Source: the human T2T-CHM13v2.0 reference genome, Homo sapiens | Strand: one strand, 5' to 3' | Assembly: GCF_009914755.1 (NCBI RefSeq) | Contig: NC_060925.1 | Length of the DNA: 64,000 nucleotides | Shown: one piece after another, positions 53,749 to 64,000 of the stretch | Layout of the letters: every line of letters begins with the position of its first letter | Position numbering within the stretch: the first letter of the stretch is position 1 | Notes under the pieces: model-generated | Told to the model about the DNA's origin: nothing | The model's input: the letters and a program-made list of their open reading frames with translations, nothing else | Database searches by the model: none | Position numbers and translations under genes: made by a program

Positions 53749-55009
53749 GGCATTTATAAGAGCAAAGACTTGAGGGCAACAAACAAAAATGAAAGCAATT
53801 TGGTGGATTGGTGGGGGTGCTTTAATTCTCTTAATTTTGTAAACTATTTTAATGTAATGATGCTATTTTTGAAATTAACACACTTAAAATATATTTATAT
53901 TCAACTTTTGGGCTAAATTTGGTGTTCCCCTGGGGTGGCTGCCAGGAGCTGCCTTTCAGTTTCTGCAATCCTCATGCCTGGGAAAATTTTTTTGTTTGGG
54001 CTCAGACTGTCACCCTTAAATGGGATATGGTTAGCAGGAGGTGCCCACCCCAGGGTTCTGGCAGTCAACTGTGTGACAGCGGATGGCCCACCAGCTGTGG
54101 CCTCTGGGAATGGCAGAGCACTAGAGTGAATTGGGAGGCAAGGCTTCCCCCATGAACCCTTCTTACACATCCCAGTGTGGTGACCGCCCACTGCACACCA
54201 TGTCAGGGCCACGGGCAGGCACCGTTTGGGAGGATATCTGTAAGAGAGAATCCTGCCCTCAACCACTCGGGACCTTGTAGAGGAGGGGAACAATGCCATA
54301 TTACCAGGGAGCAGTGCTCAGTGTGGTAAGAGGAAAAAATGTCACTGAAGGTCTTCAGAGGAACGGGAGAACCTGGGGAGGAGGAAGAGCTCAGGAAGGG
54401 CTTCATAGAGTTGGTGGCACTTGAAATTGCCTTTGAAAGAGGAATAAGATTTTCTATGTCAGAGGAGAAGACTTCCCGGTGGGAGAAAATGACACAAATT
54501 AAAACAAACAAACAAACACCAGCAACAGAACCGATAAGGAACTGATGTGTTCCAGGAGCTGGGAGGAGCCCTGAGGGAGTGAGGCCAAGAGGTGGGATGC
54601 GCAGTGGGGGATGCTGGACACTTTCACTCTGTAAGTGGTAACGACCTGTTGAGTTTCTTTGTGTGTTGGGAGTGGGATGATCAGGGCTACACTTCAGAGT
54701 TACACTTCAGAGTTGCAGCAGGTGAGACAGGGAAGACTGGTGGGGCTGGGAGAGGGGTCAGCATGAGCTAGGAACACAGGCAGTAGGACTTGGTGACTGG
54801 TCAGGTATGGGGTGGGGGATGGTGGTAGGAAGAAGTCAGGAATGACTAAGAGGCTTTAGGTCTTAGTCATTCAACAAAATTTATTCCATTCACTTATTTA
54901 ACAAACGTAAGATTCAGGCCTGCTGTATGCCTCATGCAGCACCAGGACCTGGGGATTCAGAGAGGAAAACTGCGGTCAGACAATTATTATGCAGTAGAGG
55001 GATCATGGG

Positions 55010-55510
55010 TGTGTTAGACCCTTCTCTGCTTTACTACAGATCCTCTCCGCCTCACCTGCCTCTTCTTCCAGCTGTCTGGAAACCATATGGATCAATTTCA
55101 CATGGGTGCAGCTGACTGCATCTGACTTCCCCTAGGATTTCCCTAAGGAAGCAGTGGTAGAACCCTGCTCAGTACTTTCCCCAACACATGGGCAACCTTA
55201 AAGTGTGGGCCTAATGCAACACATGGCAAACCTCTGTTCAGTGGGTTTGTCTCCACCCCTGTCCCACTCCCCTGGTGGTTCTGAGATCTGGATGATAGGG
55301 CTACTCAAGGGTGTGGTCCTGTGGATTGAGCAGCCAGTGACACTTAGCAGTGTCCTGCTTGATGACACATCTTCCTATTGAGTCTGTCTCCTTACCTGTC
55401 TTTCTCACCTCATTCCCTATTGTTGCCCCTAAGACTATACACTCTATTGATGTGTTAGCACATCAGCCTTTGCCTCAGGCCTGCTTCCTGGAGAATCCAG
55501 ACTGAGCCAA
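55010..55510 (+). mobile_element. LTR16-like ERVL LTR
   Basis: 3' end 'ctcaggcctgcttcctggagaatccagactgagcca' resembles LTR16 termini. Confidence 0.5.
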
Positions 55511-58027
55511 TGATTCCGGTTTGAAATGTAGCTTTCCTCATTCTACAATAGTATGACATTCAGACCAAGCCTGGAGCATCAAAGTTAGTAGGTATCCTTC
55601 ACTGCTAGAACAAGTATATGTGTGTAGGGAAAAACATTCTGACATTTGATAGTATTCTTGCCAGCATTTATAGGGATTTTTAAAAATTCCTGTGGTTTCC
55701 TGTGTGTGAGTCTTGTCTACCTGGATAGACCTTTCCCTCCAGACCTTGTGCCTTGCAACATTTAGGACAACGTTAGGCAGGCAAGAGATGCTGGAAAACA
55801 TCTGCCATGTTGAACTGAAGTTGTTCTTTCTTATTTTTCTGGATTCTACCTTGTCTTTTGCTGATTCACTTTATCTACAAACTAGTTTCCAAAAGGGCAT
55901 TTTCTTCCTCTCCTTGTGCTGCCTGTGCATGGTGAAATACAGCACCAATGGAAACTTACACTGAGCATGAAAGCATGACCACTTTCCAACAGACACAACG
56001 GTTTATCCAAAGAGCTCTCCTCTCCAGACAGTGGCTCTGAAGGCCCTGCTTGGGAAATATCCAAGCTTGTTGCTACTATCATGTCCCTATGTCCTCCTAT
56101 GTTTCCAAGACATCCTGCCTCCCATCCCCCACCACCACTGACAAACTGTGACAGCCCCCCAGTTTTATTTGAATTTTCTATCAGAAAGGAAATTAAAATG
56201 TGGAAAGAAACAGTTAATCAAGGACTTCCCTGTCACTAACTTGTCTGTCTTCTTCCCTGCCCCCTAAAATAGTCTCAAGATTTTAGGAAAATAAAAAATT
56301 ACTACACACATACTCACACATGTTGGGGTCCCTATTTTAATATGTATAGCAGCCTTTAACCCAGTGGGTTCTGTGGGAGTGGGAGGGGGCAGCTAAAATG
56401 ATGGTGGCCTTTTGCTCTGCCTCCCATGTCGGGCTCAGGCAGGAGAGCTGAGAGTGTGGAGGTGTTGAGTTCAGGACAGCCAGGGCACTTCAGCTGGTTA
56501 AAGAGAGTGAAAGGTGCCCTCTGACAGCTGGGTCTGGGAGCTGTCAAGGCATGGATAGAGCTGCTCTGTGTAGCAGCTAAGCTTTCAAAGGGAAACACCT
56601 CTGGCTTTTCAAACATGCACTTTCTGCTTCCTTTCCCTGGCACCTACTTAGACCCTGCCATTCTAAGCCCCCATGCTCATTCCTTCCAACACTTTCCATC
56701 CACCCCACTGACTTTCCCTTCCCATACAACAGAGCACTGGGTCATGGAGGTTGTGAGATATGACTCGCCCTCCCAACTATACTCTGGGACATCAGAGAGT
56801 ACATCTGACGTTACTTTTCTGTTGCCCTCTGTCCCTAGCACATGAGTCACAGGATTTTATAATGGTGAGGAGCCCCTAGCAATCACATTTAACTCTTATT
56901 TTCCAGGAAACTGAGCCTGGAAGGAGCAAGAGTCCTAGAACCTCAGGGCTGAGCAGTCATCTAGCCTAACCTAATTGCTGCTATGATCTCTCCACTGCCT
57001 GCCAATGGTCTTCCACCTTCTTCTGAGCATTTCCACTGGCAAAGCAGCAGAGTGGTTAAGTGGACTCGGCCTGGTTTCATGGATCTTTGGGTCAGATCTT
57101 AGCCTTGCTACTTAACCTCTTTGAGCTTGTTTCCTCATCTGTAAAAGCATCTAACACATAGGATTACTGTGAAGATTAAATGAAGCAAGGCATGTAAAGC
57201 ACTTAGTATAATAGCTTAATAAAGTGATTGCTGAATAAATATTAGATATGCTTATGCCATTTCCCAATACAGCCCAGCCTATCATTAGGTAGCTCTGTTA
57301 GAAATGTTTTAGTTTTCTTTTAGCTGAAATCTTTGCTCCTAGAATTTCCATCTTGTTTGAGTTGCCCAAAGTCACCCAGTGAGTTAGAGTTGGTGACAGA
57401 GGTGAGACCAGAACCCAGTTCATTCCACAAGGCAGGCTGTCTCTGAAATACTTGCTGCATGAATGAAATGGACTACAATTTGCCATAATAAACAGCTGTT
57501 ATCATTATTCCCATTTTAGAAGCTGAGACAACAAAGTGGTTTTCCCAAGGCCTCAGAGCTAGTTAGTGATAGAATCAGTTACAATCCCATGTTTCCTTCT
57601 AGTTTGATGTTCTGTCCCATCACAGGTGCAGCTTTAATGAGATTCTCTGTGCTCCTTCTATCTTAGCAGGCCAGAGAGAAGGATGTGTAGATGAAGATAG
57701 ACAGCAGCCTGCTACGAGGTCCCCTGCACATACTTTCCCATGCTACAGGACCAGGGTTAAAGGACAGGAATAGTTCTGACCTGTAAGTGTACTTGCATCA
57801 AAACTGCAAACACATTTTGCTCCCAGAGAGCCTATCTTGTAGGGATGATGGCTCAAAGTATGGGGTACTCCAGTGGAAGCATCCTGGGGAGTCAAGGACA
57901 AGATAAGTACCCTGAGCACCTGAGGGGACAGCTGGAAGATTGTTTAAAAGGGCATTTACCAATTCTATGGCACAAGGGTGGATTGAGCACAGGCTGAACC
58001 TCACACTTTCATTCCACATTATATATA

Positions 58028-58407
58028 TGATATGGTTAGGCTTTGTGTCCCCACTCAAATCTTATCTTGAATTGTAATTCCAATAATCCCCATAAATCCC
58101 CATGTGTCAAAGGAGAGACCAGGTGGAGGTAATTGAATCATGGGGGCAGTTCCCTCATGCTGTTCTTGTGACAGTGAGTGAGTTCTCACAAGATCTGAGA
58201 GTTTTATAAGGCGCTCTTCCCCCTTTGCTCGGCACTTCTCCTTCCTGCCACCTTGTGAAGAAGGTGCCTTGCTTCCCCTTCCACCATGATTGTAAGTTTC
58301 CCGAGGCCTCCCCAGCTATGCTAAACTGTGAGTCAATTAAACCTTTCCTTTATAAATTACCCAGTCTCAGGCACTTCTTTATAGCAGTGTGAAAATGGAC
58401 TAATACA
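58028..58407 (+). mobile_element. THE1 (THE1C-like) solo LTR
   Basis: TGATATGGTTAGGCTTTGTG...GGACTAATACA; near-TSD atata/atatg. Confidence 0.93.
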
Positions 58408-59109
58408 ATATGATAAATTGAGTATTTAAAACTCCATCCATACATAAAACGCTAGGAAGAGATGTCTTCATGGACCAAAAATAAAGTTTCTACCCTTAAG
58501 AAAAGGAGAAAAAAAAATATATGGAAGGAACTTACAGCCACAGGGAAAGACTGGAGCCTCATGATCCATGGGAAGAAGAAACACATAAGCATCATCAAGG
58601 CCATGGTTTCAACACCCAAGCAAGGATAGAGGCCACTGTTCTAGTTGGGAGTCCTATTATTGGCAAAGGGCCTGAACCAGAATCCCTGAATAAGTGGATA
58701 CCTAAAGAAGGAAGTTGGAATAGCTCTGTCCTATTTTCTGGAATTGCACACAAAAACAAGGTGCCTACCAGAGGCTAAGAAAGAAAAGTCACCTGCATAA
58801 TACTCAGGCATAGACCTTTGTGGTGAGTTCAGAGCTCAGTATTCTATTTTCTCAGCGGCTGAGTCTTGAGCCAAGCTTCAAACATAAGCCCTACTTTGGT
58901 GCTGTGCATTGAAACTGCAAATGTGCTGTGCAGTGAGGCCATCATAGTCCAGGGGTACATATGGAATAAAATGTCATGGAAGGGGTCATGAAAAATTGAT
59001 TGTGGTGGTAGATTCACAGATATTTACATATTCTGAGAGCCATTGAGTTATACTTTAAATGGGTGATTTGTGTGGTATGTGAAGTATATCTTAATAAAAC
59101 TGTTAAAAA

Positions 59110-59783
59110 GTGCCACGGAAGACAAGCTCAGAATTTGAGCTTGATAAAGCATTTGAGGAAAGTCAGCACCATGAGTCACCATACACAACCAACTGGAAAA
59201 TCACACCTGAGAAAATACAAATAACAGAATAATCTGAAAAAAGACTTTAAAATACGTTGAAAATTCTTACAGAAATAAAGGATGGAGTAGCACCCACAGA
59301 AGAAAAACAGGGTTTATGAAGCAAGAACACGGAGATAAAAACAGAAGTATATCTTTAAAATGAAAAATACAGCATTTAAATAAGAAATGGTTAAAATTAA
59401 GATTTGACAGAACTGAAGAGAAAATGAGTGACCTGAGAAATAGAACTGATGAAATTTTCTTACAGTTTCAGCACAATGAATTAAAAGATAGAAAACCTGA
59501 AAGAAAAATTGTAAGACAGAGAGACACTCTAATATAGTCTAATAAGAGTTTCAAGAGAGAAGGGAATGGGAAAGAGTCAATAATTGAAGATAGAATGTTG
59601 GAAATGTTTCTAGAACTGAAGAAAAAAATTAGTATCTAGTTTCATAAAGCTCATCAAGTGTTAAATGATAGATTTGTAAACTCCACATTATAGATAAACT
59701 ATAAAACATTAAAAATAATAAAAATTTCTAAAAGTTATGGAATAGACAAAAAAGTACAGCAGATTTCTCATCAGCAACAATGG
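59110..59783 (+). mobile_element. Old L1 ORF1/HAL1-like fragment
   Basis: A-rich, with 'agatttgacagaactgaagagaaaatgagtgacctg' and 'cagcagatttctcatcagcaacaatgg'. Confidence 0.65.
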
Positions 59784-60540
59784 TAATTCTTTGGTATAAT
59801 GTAGAGGAAGGAATCCAATGATTTAGGGAGACAGGGATGTTGGAATGTATTGATCATGTGGAACCCCACTTATTTACCCCTTAACTTTGTCCTAGTAAAT
59901 GGGAATATAGTGGGGGTCACCCTTCTTGCCTCTTTCAAGGCTTTGACGGTGGTTCTACTGTGATTCTACCATAAATGGGGCATTGCTTTGGTCCCCTATT
60001 TCGGTTGGGTAGTTCCAAGGATTCCGCTTTCTTTCTACTGTGATAGCCCGCATTCTACAGGTCAGGGAGAAACATGAAGATTCTATTAGTGTTTTGGTAT
60101 CTTTATTACCAATATACACTCAGGAACTTGGGGTGAAACTACAGGATGTGTTTGTGGACCTACTGGGACTACTGTGATAAGGACTTAGAGTAAATTCCAT
60201 GTATTTCCTCCTCACTATCTTGGTCAGGCAGGAAGCCTGAGCTAAAGCCACCTACCCTGATACCTTTGAGAGAGTGAAAAAATAAAAGTCTCTAAGTCAC
60301 AACACCCATTCCCCAAAGCCCCCCACCCTGACTGGTGTGTTACAGTGATGTTCTGGGTCGTCAGGGTTTAGCTTAGAGCTAGTGTTCAATAAACTCTGAA
60401 AAGGTCTGAGAATTTCCTCTCCCCCAGTGCACAGTTATTTGGGAAATGGCTGTAGGAGGGCCTCCATGGGGAAGGATACAAAGATTTGTAGTACATGCTT
60501 GTGACACTATCTCAGAGTTCTTTCTGTAGTGTTTTCAGCC

Positions 60541-60838
<298 letters not shown>

Positions 60839-62015
60839 CAGACTTTCTTTTATTCAAGGAGCTCTGGGTCTTTGAACTGATTCTGGTCTAGATTCTCTAC
60901 CGTGGTGATTTGTGTCAGGCTTATGTTTGTCAGACCTCCAATTTATTTGATTATCCAGTCAAAGAAGTAATTTACTGAGCTGCCCCTCTATGTTGCTCTT
61001 AGGGACCCATAATCAGGTTAATACTTCCAGTGATTCCCGTGGGTCAAACCTGCTGATTCCACTCTGGCCCTGATGTTCTTTGTAGTAACCATGGCTGCCC
61101 TACCTCTGATGGCTAAGTGTTGCCTCTTCCACTCCAGGATCCAAACATCTCCTGTGAAATCAGGGAGCTCATTTCAATTGCATCATCTCCTACCTGCAAT
61201 GCCAGCCTAAAATAATCTAGTTTACAGATGGATTTGTATAATATTCTGGCACCAGCAGTAAGCGGACTGCTCTTACAGCTCTACTTCAGGGGTGACCCTG
61301 CAGGACGGTAGAGAAGGGAAATCCTTCCACTATGCAGAGCTTTGAGTGGTATTTGTCATGGTGCACTTTGTGTGGAAGGACAAATGACCTGAGATCTGGA
61401 TCTAAGCCAATTCATGGACAAGGGCTAATGGTTTGGTTAAGCAGTCAGGAACTTGGAAGGAATAAACTTCATGGATTTGTGACAAGGAGTTTTGGGGAAA
61501 ATACATATAAACAAACTAATCATAATGGGTGAAAATATATTTATTCCATGAGAATGTTCTCCCAAAGGTGTCCACAGTGTAGGAGACTCTCAAATAGTGT
61601 ACAAGATTTCATGCCATATGAATGTCAGTCAACCTCTTTCCCACTCACCGCAGTATTTTTCTCAGTGAGTTTATGAACATCACCATGGTGGTAGGATTAA
61701 GATCATAGATAAGCTCAACAAGTACTTTCCTTTACTGAGGCTGATCTGACCACACCACTGCTGAGTATTCAATTTCTTAGAGGCAGTGACTAACCTTGAA
61801 ACCTTTAATCTAGTACCATGGCCTAGAGGTCTCAGTCTAGCACTTGCCTGGAAGGCTGATTACATTGGATTCCTTTTCATGGAGGGGGCAACAATTTGGT
61901 TCTCATTGGAGCAGATATTTATCTGGATATGGATTTGCCTTCTCTGTCCGCCATGCTTCTGTCAGGAACATCACTTACGGGTTTAACAGATGCTTGATTC
62001 ACCGTCATGGAATCT

Positions 62016-62275
62016 TTTGTTTTGTTTTGTTTTTGAGACAGAGTTTCACTCTGTCACCCAGGCCAGAGTACAGTGGCACCACCACAGCTCACTGCAGCCT
62101 TGACCTCCTGGGCTCAGTCTTCCCACCTCAGCCTCCCTAGTAGCTGGGACTATAGGTGAGCACCACCATACCCAGCTAATTTTTTTTTTTTTTTCTAATT
62201 CTAGGCTCAAGCCATTAGTCCGCCTTGGCCTCTCAAAGTGCTGGGATTACAGGCGTGAGCCACCATGCCCAGCCT
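62016..62275 (-). mobile_element. AluJ with left-arm deletion, inserted in the ERVL integrase
   Basis: TSD gtcatggartctt at 62004 and 62276. Confidence 0.9.
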
Positions 62276-62348
62276 GTCATGGAGTCTTACATGTAATTGT
62301 TTCTAGCATCACCATAATGCTAAACCAACTGCATAATTACCATAATGC

Positions 62349-64000
62349 TGTAACAACAGCAATGACAACAACAAAATTCAGTGGTTTAACAAAATGAAAA
62401 TTTATTTCTTGTTCATGTAATTGTCCAAAGTATATATTTCTGATTTGCAGTATCCCTTCATGTGGTGTTTAGGGGCCATCTTTTGGCTCTAGTATTCCTT
62501 AGAAGCTGAACATTCCCAGCATTCAGATGACAGACAGGAGAAGAGAATGTGGATCATCCCCATCAACTTCTTAAAAATCAAAGCCTGGAAGTGATACACA
62601 TCACTTCTACTCATATTCCATTGGGGATAGCTAGTTACACAAATGGAAGGGATGCTCAGAAATAGTCAATCCCAATGTCAATTCTATATGAATATTTGGT
62701 GAACAGCTAGTCATCTAGGTCTAATGTTATCTGTGTGCCAGGCAAATGCATTATGGTAATTATGCATTTGGTTTAGCATTATGGTGATGCTTGAAACAAT
62801 TACATGTTAGACTCCATGACAAGCTGGCAATGGTGGCTCACACCTGTAATCCCAGCACTTTGAGAGGCCAAGGCAGGTGGATGGCTTGAGCCTAGGAGTT
62901 AGAGATCAGCCTGGCCAAGATGGCAAAACCCCATCTATACAAAAAAAATACAAAATTGATCACCAAATATCAGTGGATACCTTTCTTCCCATACTTAAAC
63001 ACTTAGAACATAAACACACACCACGAAATAAAAAATCCCATTCAGCCACCACATCCAGCTCAAAGTCTAGGATCTCTGAGAGGTGTGCAGTTCTTTTTGG
63101 CAAGTCTGGATCTACCTCCTTATGGTCTGGAGACTTAGAAACTCAAAACAACTATCTGTGTTCCACTAATCACCACCCAAAATACAACATGGAGGTAGAA
63201 ACACAGGAATAGTACAGGACATTCTAAAGTCCTCTTTCGGGAAGGGAAGAATGGGAGCTACAGAGCAGTCTCTTGTCCATCACAATGATGAAATCTTGCT
63301 TGAATAGGCACGATAAAAACTGCCTGCTCCAATATGAGGGGAAATTTCTGGATTAGATCTTAATTCTGATCTCTGGTGGAATTTCCTTGTCCATTGTTCT
63401 CCCTGGTACCTGGCTCCACCTTTGGCAGATTCTTCCGTGTACACTTTCCTCCATGGTCTCATCTGAAATGAACATCGTTGAGTTGGCCTTCCTTGGAACT
63501 ACACAACATTCACAGCCTGCTTCCTGCTAGTGCAGATTTGGAGCCCTGAGAGCTGTTTTATATTTCAGGGTATTTTTTATTTATTTTAGCCAGGATTATG
63601 ATTTATCTGCCAACACAATTCTCTCAAAGACAGTAGGCTTCTAATCTATTTGCTTCCAGTCAATTGCATGTGCCAGTAGCCCAAAAGTCTTTCCTAGACA
63701 CAAGTCTTAGTACTGTCCTATTTCTTTGTTTCCTCACCCTCATGCCTCTCTCAACTCATCTGAGGCTACCCTATAACCATCTGGCCACAGGGTTCAGTAT
63801 GGAGGTAATAACTTGAAGCTGATCTTTTTCATAGCCTGAGTCCTTCTGTATAACTGTGAAATCTTAATGAACCTTTGTTGCCCAAATATACTTTGCACCT
63901 TAACTCCCATTGTTTGAGGCCCAGAAAGTTCAATTTTTCCAGTCCCACAAGGTCCCATACTGCCTTTATAACCTTTAATTTGGATTTCATGACAGATTAC
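62349..64000. mobile_element. MLT1-type MaLR LTR plus internal sequence, interrupted at 62748-62957
   Basis: 'tcagtggtttaacaaaatgaaaatttatttctt', 'aagtgatacacatcacttctactcatattccattgg', followed by MLT-int-like sequence. Confidence 0.6.
62821..62957 (+). mobile_element. AluJ left monomer (part of an inverted duplication)
   Basis: Ends at the mid A-rich linker; shares private variants with the 62016-62275 Alu. Confidence 0.88.

Noticed and set aside
54688-54713. 13-bp tandem duplication tacacttcagagt
   Set aside because: Trivial slippage event inside an old L2.
59969-59978. Second perfect CArG box CCATAAATGG
   Set aside because: Inside decayed ERVL pol with no accompanying motif cluster.
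61786-62140. Integrase-like ORF fragments as a domesticated gene
   Set aside because: Frameshifts, stops and an Alu insertion; a decayed ERVL.

Overview
Mammalian DNA that I recognise as the human GJA5 (connexin 40) locus, 1q21 region, oriented so the gene reads on the + strand. There is one real protein-coding sequence: the single-exon Cx40 CDS at 46429-47505 (358 aa). Two alternative non-coding first exons feed it (1A ending 32408, 1B ending 45168), and a ~2 kb 3'UTR ends near the AATAAA at 49446. The rest is intergenic or intronic DNA dense in Alu, MIR, L2, L1, MaLR/ERV LTRs and hAT MITEs; repeat subfamily names are from memory, not a database search. I found no convincing wholly new gene system. 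Points worth follow-up: (1) promoter B, its TATA box and exon 1B appear to be built from an antisense L2 element, with a 42-bp minisatellite just upstream. (2) Exon 1A is stop-free and in frame with Cx40 and has a strong-context GTG, so an N-terminally extended isoform is possible. (3) Intron 1 has an unexplained 31/32-bp inverted repeat whose arms are 1.6 kb apart. (4) A rearrangement cluster at 59.8-63 kb contains an internally inverted ERVL and a 148-bp inverted duplication. (5) A ~205-bp dispersed duplication has an AP-1/ARE site in one copy only. (6) There may be a decayed olfactory-receptor remnant near 3.1-3.46 kb. (7) The 189-aa ORF at 52631-53200 is mislabelled as minus strand in the supplied track.
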